A stretch of DNA of 64,000 bases, from positions 3,840,001-3,904,000 of the forward strand of contig OZ242260.1 in the NCBI GenBank assembly GCA_965207065.1. The letters are read 5' to 3'. A program made the position numbers and the translations under genes. The stretch comes from a bacterium. Lineage in GTDB: Bacteria > UBA8248. This document shows, in pieces, positions 38,948 to 46,308 of the stretch. The notes under the pieces are model-generated. The model searched no databases, had not been told where the DNA came from, and saw only the letters and a list, made by a program, of their open reading frames with translations. The stretch's first letter is position 1, and the number at the start of each line of letters is the position of its first letter.

Positions 38948-40020
38948 GCCGCCTCATCGCCAATGCCTACAGCGGCCATTGCGACGCCGATATCAACACC
39001 CGCCTTGACGAGTTTGTCCACCACTTGGGCGCGGCTCACCATGTCCATGGCGTAGGTATCAAATTTCAGCCGGACTTCGGTTTCCAGCTTCAAGCTGAGT
39101 TCGTTTTCGAGCGCCTTTGCCAAAGGCATGACGACGTTCATATGCCAGCGGCGAACTGCTTCTCTTTGTCCGGTTCCGTCGGCATCGACAAAGAGGCTGG
39201 GAGGGCAACCGCATGCCGCCAGCGTGGCATCGAATGCGCCCTTCCGGATCGCTTCCATCACTTCGGGAGGCGAAGGCCCCAACCGATTAAAAGCCCAGCT
39301 TTTCGCGTCTCGCCCTTCGCCCATTGCGCTGGCGAGATTTTCTAACAAGATGGATTTTCCTCTGGCCCTGCCGATATCAGCCCGGAGAAGCACAAGTGGA
39401 TCGACGGCTTCACCCTCTTTGCCCGACGCGGCGCTCTGCGGCGGAATGACTGACACTTGAGCAAGGGGGCCGGAGACCTCATCCGCTAGGCTCCGTTCGG
39501 TTTCAGATTGCAGTCTCGCAGTCATGGCCGCCCATGACAGAGGCCCCACGCCAACATATCGCTGGCCGGGTGTGCTGCCCCATTTCACGAACACCACGCC
39601 GCTAAAAGGCAGGTGCTTGGTAACGGAAGATGACGGCCCGAACATAGTCGCCCGAACTCGCCACCGATCCGGATGAGGATCACCGTCGTCTTCAAAGTGC
39701 CAACTCGAAACCGGGAGGAGCGAAGCGCTGCCTGCGTGGTCTATGCCGATGTAGTGCATGGATGAACCGCGCCGGATGAGGTCTCTCCCGACCTGCGCGA
39801 GAAACTCCGGGGAGACGGCGTCTCTCGCCCAGCCCAGCCCCTGCACTTCGGCGGATGCGAACGCCCGAGAGAGCGCACCGCTGGCCGCCTCCACCGCCGC
39901 TGTAGACGAAGCGTCCGCCGCCGTGCCAGCCGCCTGCGCTTCGATGAGGCGAACCACGGCGGCGCTGAAATCTCCGCCTGATTCGCGCCTTTCCAGTTTT
40001 CCAAAAGGCCACCACTTCAT
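38944..40020 (-). CDS. Phage portal protein (HK97-like, compact)
   Basis: MKWWPF..ERR N-terminus, DLIRRGS, YVGVGPL, AACGCPPSLF, VMPLAKALENELSLKL; TAATG coupling at 40020. Confidence 0.75.
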   Translation of the reverse strand: MKWWPFGKLERRESGGDFSAAVVRLIEAQAAGTAADASSTAAVEAASGALSRAFASAEVQGLGWARDAVSPEFLAQVGRDLIRRGSSMHYIGIDHAGSASLLPVSSWHFEDDGDPHPDRWRVRATMFGPSSSVTKHLPFSGVVFVKWGSTPGQRYVGVGPLSWAAMTARLQSETERSLADEVSGPLAQVSVIPPQSAASGKEGEAVDPLVLLRADIGRARGKSILLENLASAMGEGRDAKSWAFNRLGPSPPEVMEAIRKGAFDATLAACGCPPSLFVDADGTGQREAVRRWHMNVVMPLAKALENELSLKLETEVRLKFDTYAMDMVSRAQVVDKLVKAGVDIGVAMAAVGIGDEAA

Positions 40021-40346
40021 TAGGTGCTCCTCACAATGACGGCCTTGGTGTGAGAGCCGTTCCATGACTCGCTAGACTCTACCGAATACTCCACGTCATC
40101 GACGCGAACGCGATCCCCTCCAGCGTCGTCATGGGCCGCTTCAAGCACGTCCGCTTCCGGAATGTAGACTTTCCTTCGATGAATGAGCCGGGAGCCTTCG
40201 AGGAGATCAATATCCATGAGCTTGAGCGGCTGGACGCTGGCGAAATACTTCTTTTCCTCTACCGCTCCGGGTTGCCATTCGCCGAATTGATTTCTCTCAC
40301 CCGGCGCTTCGCGCAGCCGTGTGATGATGTCGGGGAAGCGTCTCAT
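40020..40346 (-). CDS. Head-closure (stopper) protein
   Basis: ITRLR...NQFGEW...ASVQP...GDRVRVDDVEYSV pattern; ATGA overlap with the adaptor gene. Confidence 0.7.
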   Translation of the reverse strand: MRRFPDIITRLREAPGERNQFGEWQPGAVEEKKYFASVQPLKLMDIDLLEGSRLIHRRKVYIPEADVLEAAHDDAGGDRVRVDDVEYSVESSESWNGSHTKAVIVRST

Positions 40347-40690
40347 CCGATAGTTCCCGCGCGGTAGACGCGCCAAGGTGCGAGAAGGCTCATCGCGCCG
40401 CTGGCCTTGAGCGCGTTCGTGTTCGTGGTGGCGTAGGCGGTTTCAATGTCGCCGGTCTTCTCACTTCGGATGCTGGGCGAAGGTTGATCTTTGAGCCATC
40501 CCGCGCATCGTATTATTGCTTCGTTGCGAATTTCGAGCGGGGCGTCCGGGGCGTATTTCACAACAAGGCCATAGGCCACCGGGAGGAGGCGCTCGACGAG
40601 AGCCGCGTCGGTTATCTTCAAGGCCTCCGCCAGTTTCTCCGCCGTGATCCCGATGACGGCTTGGGGCGGATCGCCGAAACTCACAGCCAT
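40343..40690 (-). CDS. Head-tail adaptor (HK97 gp6/SPP1 gp15-like)
   Basis: Helical, P..IRNEAII, IRSEKTGD hairpin, C-terminal SLLAPWR. Confidence 0.7.
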   Translation of the reverse strand: MAVSFGDPPQAVIGITAEKLAEALKITDAALVERLLPVAYGLVVKYAPDAPLEIRNEAIIRCAGWLKDQPSPSIRSEKTGDIETAYATTNTNALKASGAMSLLAPWRVYRAGTIG

Positions 40691-41346
40691 CGGCGCGCCC
40701 TCCGGGGAGTGATGAGCGGGGCATCCGCTCTCAGATCGATCTCTGTGCTTCCGTATGCCGGACGGCTAACGATGCTTATCTCGTGCAGGACGGCCTGCTT
40801 CACGACTCGAATTTTGACGCCGGGGTTGCCAACTTCGTCGATGAGTTCCTCGGCATTTTGGACCACGTTGCGGGGAGGGATGCGGAAACCCGGACTCACG
40901 CCTCCTGCCCGGCCCGTGCGGATTTCCTTCACAACGTCCGCCATATAGGAGGGCATATCTTTCTCATCCGGGAGATCAACCTCGAAGCTGAGCGCGTCGT
41001 CTCCGTCCGCCACGCGAGCGGTTTTTCTGAGCATATCGCCTAGGGGCTTGTCGAATGAATGCCCGCTCAAGACGTGAACGTTCGCTCGCTCTAGCTGTTC
41101 TTCGATGATCTCTCTCTGCGCCTTCTCGATTCCCTCCTCGATGACGCGAGCAAGCTCTTTTTGCAGTTCCTGAAATCTTCTTACCTGCCAGCCGAAGGCG
41201 CGGGAGTTGATGCGCTCTTTTCGCACCCGTCCTCTGTCTCGAACTGTCGCCGTTTTTCCATACGGAAATTTTCCGCTGAGAATCCGGGAGGAGCCGCGCG
41301 CCCTGATTTCGAGTTCGCCGTCCAAAATCAAATAAGTTTCCGTCAT
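40681..41346 (-). CDS. HK97-family prohead protease
   Basis: LEIR...LSGKFPY, ERI...AF, LSGH, GGVSPGFR, LHEISIVSRPAY; GAGGA RBS before ATG 41346. Confidence 0.85.
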   Translation of the reverse strand: MTETYLILDGELEIRARGSSRILSGKFPYGKTATVRDRGRVRKERINSRAFGWQVRRFQELQKELARVIEEGIEKAQREIIEEQLERANVHVLSGHSFDKPLGDMLRKTARVADGDDALSFEVDLPDEKDMPSYMADVVKEIRTGRAGGVSPGFRIPPRNVVQNAEELIDEVGNPGVKIRVVKQAVLHEISIVSRPAYGSTEIDLRADAPLITPRRARRWL

Positions 41347-41358
41347 GCTATTCCTCAT

Positions 41359-41437
41359 GGCGCTGGCGGTTGGAGGTAGGAAGGGTGAAGCCGCCCCTCC
41401 ACGGCGCGAGGCCGCCAGCGCCGCACCCTCGCGCCGT
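41359..41437 (-). other. Predicted H-type RNA pseudoknot between capsid stop and protease RBS
   Basis: Two interleaved perfect 11-bp inverted repeats: 41427-41437 with 41401-41411, and 41412-41422 with 41359-41369. Confidence 0.7.
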
Positions 41438-42724
41438 CTAGGTGCTCACCTGTAGCTGTACCTGAGCGTATGCGTCGGGCTGTGTGACGATGATGTCACC
41501 GAGCAGAACGTGCAAGGTGTAGTATCTTTCGGCCTTGGCGCTGCCCGTGTAGATGTCGTCTATGCTCACCTCGTTCCAGTGAGGACAGACGGCCGTCCGC
41601 ATCCCGCCTTCGCCGCCCATCATGGAGCGGCCCATCCGGTAGAGGATAGCTTGCGCGATGTTCGAGGCGGTGTCGGGCATTCTCTTGTTTGTCCAGAATC
41701 CGCCGAAGTGATCCATCGCGTAATCTGAAAACGCCTTGTCTCCCAAGTCTTGTCCGGTCGCATCGCGAAAGGCTTTCATCGCGAGGCGGTAGGTATCGGG
41801 GTTTACGACGATCCCGACCTCTTTGGCGGTCGATGCCCAGAGGCCGTCAATACCACCGGCGAACAGATCAACGAAGTCATCGAAGTCTGCGACGCCGGAC
41901 GGCGTCCCTTGAGGGTCTGTGAGGGCGGCGAACATTCCCTTGAGGTTCGGGGCCGTTCCGTTTCCGTTGATCGCCTGATCGTCCAGCGCATCGGAGAGGG
42001 CGAGGCTCAAGTTCTCTCTGAGGATGCTCTCGAAGTTCTCCTGCCCAACTGCGGCGATATCTTCAAGGGCCAGTTCCAGACGGGCGCTTACGCGCTTCGG
42101 TGTCGCCGTGGTTACGGTGAGAGCGCCAGCGGTCGCGGCGATGGCCGCGCTCTTGTCCTTCGCTTCGGCGGACTGCGAGCCGGTTATGGTCGCGGAGGCG
42201 AAGGTTCCCGACCCGACGCGCGGCATCTGGATTCCCAGCTTAGGCGCAATGCTGTGTGCGAACACGGCGGGCAAAATCGGATCTAAATTTATGCCGACGG
42301 TTCCCGGCGCTTCGGTGATGGCTCTCTTTTCAAGGTCGGGCCGGGGCACGTCGAAAATCTCAAGGGGAATTCCTGAGACGCCAGCCGCTTGGCGAAGTTC
42401 GAGTTCGGCTCCCGCCACCATGCGACCCTGCGCGGCGGCGGTGAAATACTCCGTGAGCTTTGCCCGGCTCCGCAGTTCGATGCGTTCATGCTGCTCTGCG
42501 TCGAAGCCGTTGGCATGGACGATGCTTTTCTTGTCGTCTTCTTCGAGCAGGAGGCGGACGGCGCTTCGGCGTTCGAGGAGCTTCTTTTTCTTCGCCGCCA
42601 GTTCGCGCAGTTCGGTGTCCGCTTCGTCGTTCAACGTCTCCTCACTGAGGAGTTCGGCGGAGCGCGTTTCCACCTGTTCGAGTTCGTCGGCAATTTGCCT
42701 GATTGCTTTCTGGTTTGGTGTCAT
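41438..42724 (-). CDS. HK97-fold major capsid protein with N-terminal coiled-coil scaffold (delta) domain
   Basis: Charged helical N-terminus; TATPKRVSA, LDDQAINGNGT, VVNP, C-terminal QPDAYA. Confidence 0.85.
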   Translation of the reverse strand: MTPNQKAIRQIADELEQVETRSAELLSEETLNDEADTELRELAAKKKKLLERRSAVRLLLEEDDKKSIVHANGFDAEQHERIELRSRAKLTEYFTAAAQGRMVAGAELELRQAAGVSGIPLEIFDVPRPDLEKRAITEAPGTVGINLDPILPAVFAHSIAPKLGIQMPRVGSGTFASATITGSQSAEAKDKSAAIAATAGALTVTTATPKRVSARLELALEDIAAVGQENFESILRENLSLALSDALDDQAINGNGTAPNLKGMFAALTDPQGTPSGVADFDDFVDLFAGGIDGLWASTAKEVGIVVNPDTYRLAMKAFRDATGQDLGDKAFSDYAMDHFGGFWTNKRMPDTASNIAQAILYRMGRSMMGGEGGMRTAVCPHWNEVSIDDIYTGSAKAERYYTLHVLLGDIIVTQPDAYAQVQLQVST

Positions 42725-42756
42725 GGTCTTCCCTCATTTTCGCGAAATGAATATAC

Positions 42757-42795
42757 CTTGACGCAAAGATAGGTGTTTTCGACGAATCCGTCAAG
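42757..42795 (-). promoter_or_regulatory. Promoter of the capsid operon with overlapping inverted repeat
   Basis: Minus strand TTGACG-N17-TATCTT; cttgacg (42757-42763) and cgtcaag (42789-42795) form an inverted repeat. Confidence 0.6.
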
Positions 42796-42907
42796 TAATT
42801 GATATTAAATGAGTTACAGTGATATTAGGTTGGTATCACGGAAGGGAGATGAAAAACTGGAAAAACCCTGATAATCAATTCCTAAATTTCAACAACGTGG
42901 AGGAATC

Positions 42908-43147
42908 ATGCCTCGAAAAAAAGACCCACCGCCGCGCTGCGAGTTCTTAGAATTATGGGAAAATCCTATAACCGGAGAAACAGCACAAATACGTTGTGGC
43001 CGTGCAGCAGGTAACAAAGATACACCGCATATGTGTTCCCCAGGCGGAGAGCATCCGCCAGCACCTAGTGAGGTGGACGAGAACGGCTGGCCAAAATTGT
43101 TTGGCGGTTGGACGATAGAAGAAAGGAGACGCCCTATACGTCCATAA
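42908..43147 (+). CDS. Small hypothetical protein on the strand opposite the element's genes
   Basis: GGAGG RBS, 79 aa, AT-rich upstream region. Confidence 0.5.
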   Translation: MPRKKDPPPRCEFLELWENPITGETAQIRCGRAAGNKDTPHMCSPGGEHPPAPSEVDENGWPKLFGGWTIEERRRPIRP

Positions 43148-43424
43148 TTTCATTCAAGAACATCACCCACTGCTTCTCATCGTGAGTGAGCTTCCTGCGA
43201 TGCTCGTCAACGTGGCATGTTCGGCACAAGGTGCGGATTCCGTCCAAATTATAGGGGTCTCCGCCATCCCAGAGCGGCGGATCGTGATGCGCTTCGAGAC
43301 GTCCTGCGGCTCCGCATTTCGTGCACCGGAAGCCGTCTCTTTCGAAGCACTCACGCCTCGCCCGCGCCCACCTTGCTTGATTCATCGCGGAGTAGTTTTT
43401 CGACCCCGGATGCTTTCGGCTCAC
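43134..43424 (-). CDS. HNH endonuclease (packaging-associated type)
   Basis: RWARAR...RDGFRCTKCG...EAHH...TLCRTCH; GTGA overlap with terL. Confidence 0.88.
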   Translation of the reverse strand: MSRKHPGSKNYSAMNQARWARARRECFERDGFRCTKCGAAGRLEAHHDPPLWDGGDPYNLDGIRTLCRTCHVDEHRRKLTHDEKQWVMFLNEIMDV

Positions 43425-44851
43425 TCACAAAGTCCTCCATATCGCCAATTAGGTTTGGATGGTCTACTCAACTCCCGATAGAACGCTCCAGCCGATAGCG
43501 TTAACGCAGCTGCTACGTCGTCTCTTGCTTCGTTGTTTGCCCCTCGCTTGGAAAGGCGGGTATTACCTTGATCGTCATTCTTCACCAATGCCGCCGATAG
43601 GCTGGCCGTCAAAAGTAATCGGGAGCCATCCTCACATGATAGCGGGCCATCCTTCGCCAACTTTCGGAGCGCTCGAATATCCTCTGCCGCCTCACTCCAG
43701 CGAGCTACCCTAGGCTGTAACGGGATGCCGTTCGTGCAGTCCTGTAGTTCTGCCAGCCGAAAGCGGTCGGAGACGATGACTCCCGGCTCTCCCCACTCGC
43801 TCAAGATGGCACCCACCAACTGCGCCGGGGGTTGAACACGCAATCCTTCCGCTACGCGCAAAGCCCCGGACTGAGCGAGTCTCTGATATGTTCCTTTTGG
43901 AACCCTATCCCGCTTTTCCTGATCGGCCAGCGAGGGGATACCCGGAGCTACGGCCAGCGCCTCGACGCGCCCGGAGCGCCATATTCCCACCGCCGCAGAC
44001 CATGCCCTTCCACCGCCCAGGTCAACTCCCACGAAAGGCAAACCCTCTCGCTTCGCCACCGGACGGGAACATACTCGCTCAAAATCATCGACGGAGAGGA
44101 GCATTGTAGATTCATCCCCGCTAGGACAATTTAGACGATAGCTCAAGAATCGCGCCTTGAGACGAGTATCCCGCCGCGCTTCGTCTCTCTCTGCTAAGAG
44201 TTTCTTTCGGAATTCTGGCGATACCGCCGTAAGTGGATTGCATCGGCGAATCTCCGGCCATTGCTCCCATTTATCTGGGTCTCCTATGAGGGCTTGAACA
44301 TAGGTAGACCCGCCCGTTCCATCATTCACGAGGTCATGCCACCAGCCACCCAGGGACGGCGCGAGAGTTCCAATGAATAGAGCCTTTAGCGGACTTCCCG
44401 GCTTACCCTGAGCGGTCGTGATGCTGTCATATAGTTGCTGCCCGCCTATGACTTCGGCGCTCCCCGGCTCATCGAATATCGCCCACGGACACCCCACTAG
44501 CCCGAAGGACGTTTTCGAGTTGCTCCCGGCTACCCGTAGCCTCGTATTCGTAGGCTCGTGCGTTATCGCGCACCGCGTCGCACTATCAAGAAACCGATAC
44601 CCGCCGAGCGGCTCAAGGGTAGCTCGCGCGAACCTGAAAACGATTCTGCATTGCTCGATTGAACCTGAGAAAAGAACCGACTCCGTTCCCGGACGGAAAA
44701 GAAAATCATCCGGCGAAAGCACACGCGAGACAATATACCCGGCTAGCCATGACTTGCCGTTGCCTCTGGGGATTGATAGCGCCGCCGTATCCACCCCCGG
44801 AGCCGTAGCTTCCTTGATGAAACACTTTTGAAATGGCCGAAGTTCAATCAA
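43421..44851 (-). CDS. terL: Terminase large subunit
   Basis: LRPFQ Q-motif, Walker A IPRGNGKS, Walker B AIFDE, NP, nuclease GVDLG and DDVAAA. Confidence 0.9.
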   Translation of the reverse strand: MIELRPFQKCFIKEATAPGVDTAALSIPRGNGKSWLAGYIVSRVLSPDDFLFRPGTESVLFSGSIEQCRIVFRFARATLEPLGGYRFLDSATRCAITHEPTNTRLRVAGSNSKTSFGLVGCPWAIFDEPGSAEVIGGQQLYDSITTAQGKPGSPLKALFIGTLAPSLGGWWHDLVNDGTGGSTYVQALIGDPDKWEQWPEIRRCNPLTAVSPEFRKKLLAERDEARRDTRLKARFLSYRLNCPSGDESTMLLSVDDFERVCSRPVAKREGLPFVGVDLGGGRAWSAAVGIWRSGRVEALAVAPGIPSLADQEKRDRVPKGTYQRLAQSGALRVAEGLRVQPPAQLVGAILSEWGEPGVIVSDRFRLAELQDCTNGIPLQPRVARWSEAAEDIRALRKLAKDGPLSCEDGSRLLLTASLSAALVKNDDQGNTRLSKRGANNEARDDVAAALTLSAGAFYRELSRPSKPNWRYGGLCE

Positions 44852-44920
44852 GGCGATTCCCCATTACACAAACGAGCCCAACGTCGCCCCTACCTTGTGA
44901 TCGCCGCGCCGCCGGTGCCA

Positions 44921-45070
44921 TCACGCCTTCTTGTATTCCCCGCACCACCACTCCGCCATCACAAAAGGCCAAGTTCTTTTGTCTCCCGGTCTAGGCGGGA
45001 AGCGATGACACTCTCCGTTAATGTTTGATTTTGATTCGTAGTAGGCGCATGACTCGCATTTTCCCTTCAC
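44921..45070 (-). CDS. 49-aa four-Cys protein (absent from the ORF track)
   Basis: Manual translation MKGKCESCAYYESKSNINGECHRFPPRPGDKRTWPFVMAEWWCGEYKKA; GTGA overlap and GAGGA RBS. Confidence 0.7.
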   Translation of the reverse strand: MKGKCESCAYYESKSNINGECHRFPPRPGDKRTWPFVMAEWWCGEYKKA

Positions 45071-45306
45071 GGTATTTCCTCCTCGTGCTCATGGGCGGGT
45101 TGTAGGTGATTCAGCGTGTCCGCTAGCGCGGCGGCGAAGGTCTGGGCGTCCTCGCGACCAAGGCGGCGGGCATATGCCCGGAGAATACCGACGCGGACGT
45201 GATAACTTTTGAGTTCGTGGAGGTGGAGAAGTCGTCCGCACACGTCGCACGTTAGCCACTTGTCTCCAGCTTTCGGGGTGCGCCAGTGGTGAGGTCTACA
45301 CGCCAT
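45067..45306 (-). CDS. Small hypothetical protein, possible Zn ribbon
   Basis: CRPHHW...CDVCG; GGAGG RBS before ATG 45306. Confidence 0.55.
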   Translation of the reverse strand: MACRPHHWRTPKAGDKWLTCDVCGRLLHLHELKSYHVRVGILRAYARRLGREDAQTFAAALADTLNHLQPAHEHEEEIP

Positions 45307-45452
45307 GAGTTCATCCTCCCGCCGCCGATTCAAAAGTAGAACTTCAAAGCCTTTGACTTTCGACTTTGATCTCCGGTTCTGACTTTGAGACTTTCCCTCC
45401 TACCGACCGCTTCTTATATTTCTGAATTTGTCTCTGGTTGTTTCTCTCGCGG

Positions 45453-45509
45453 TGCCTCATTTTTGAGGCGTTAAATTGCGTTTAATGCCTCACTTTCGAG
45501 GCGTTAAAT
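45453..45509. repeat. Two 24-bp palindromic iterons (putative replication origin)
   Basis: tgcctcatttttgaggcgttaaat and tgcctcactttcgaggcgttaaat, 22/24 identical, 33-bp period. Confidence 0.7.
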
Positions 45510-45930
45510 CCTCGCCATCATTAGGGAATAGCAGGTCGATGTCGCCATGCTTGAGGATATCTCCCGTTCTCGCGTTCACTTTCCAAAGCGCCCCCATTTT
45601 CTTCGGGCTAGGCTGTCGAACAATAAATCCCTTGGCCTTGAGGCCAGCTTGCGCACGCTCGATTGCCGCCTTGCTCTTGCCCGTCATATCCCGAATCGCT
45701 TCGTTCGTGATCACCCTGCAATCGTTTCGCCACCCACCTAGCAAGAGCATGGCGGCGAAGACTTTGAACTCGGAATCCGTGAGCCTGAAATAGGCCTCTC
45801 GCATAGGCGCGAATTTACCATCGATGCGTTTACTCTTTTTCCCATTCTTCAAAACCGGCGAGGTTTCCGGAACAATGATTCCATCCGTCTCCGATTGACT
45901 CCGTGATACTCGGCTGGTATCTTTCACCAT
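45490..45930 (-). CDS. Winged-HTH protein, putative replication initiator
   Basis: LTDSEFKVF...ITNEAIRDMTGKSKAAIERAQAGLKAKGFI; iterons at the 3' end. Confidence 0.65.
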   Translation of the reverse strand: MVKDTSRVSRSQSETDGIIVPETSPVLKNGKKSKRIDGKFAPMREAYFRLTDSEFKVFAAMLLLGGWRNDCRVITNEAIRDMTGKSKAAIERAQAGLKAKGFIVRQPSPKKMGALWKVNARTGDILKHGDIDLLFPNDGEDLTPRK

Positions 45931-45944
45931 GATATTTGTTTCTC

Positions 45945-45982
45945 GAAAAGCCCCGATGACTTTGGCCGGTCTGGGGCTTTTC
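45945..45982 (-). terminator. Hairpin between alpA and the initiator gene
   Basis: gaaaagcccc...ggggcttttc 10-bp inverted repeat. Confidence 0.55.
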
Positions 45983-46007
45983 TATTTCTGGGCGGAGAAA
46001 GAAGTCC

Positions 46008-46199
46008 CTAGGCGACTGGGGCCGTAGAGCGCGGACGTGATTCGATCCATGCGCGGATTTCATCTTCGCGCCAGCGAACCGCGCGCGGCCCGATCTTGAG
46101 CGCCTTGGGAAATTCGCCCTCGTCCATGAGACGATAGATTGTTGACTTGACGTATCCGGTGATTTCGCAGACTTGCTTACAGGTGAGCAGCTTTGGCAT
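46008..46199 (-). CDS. alpA: AlpA-family regulator/excisionase
   Basis: LLTCKQV...TG..KSTIYRLM..GEFPK...GPRAVRW...EI.AWI. Confidence 0.92.
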   Translation of the reverse strand: MPKLLTCKQVCEITGYVKSTIYRLMDEGEFPKALKIGPRAVRWREDEIRAWIESRPRSTAPVA

Positions 46200-46308
46200 T
46201 TCGAGTCCACCCCATAAAAAAGAAAGTGAACCTCCGGCCTTCCCAGCGCCAGAGGTCTCCTTTCAGGTCTACAGGGGATAACTAAAATACCTTAATGGAC
46301 TTTATCAG

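Noticed and set aside
41359-41437. HDV-like (theta) ribozyme reading of the pseudoknot
   Set aside because: Topology is similar, but I cannot place P3/L3, P1.1 and the catalytic J4/2 consistently with the 11-bp stems.
45320-45495. TGA recoding (alternative genetic code) in the initiator gene
   Set aside because: Many genes in the element and host end in TGA with coupled downstream starts, so TGA is a stop codon here.
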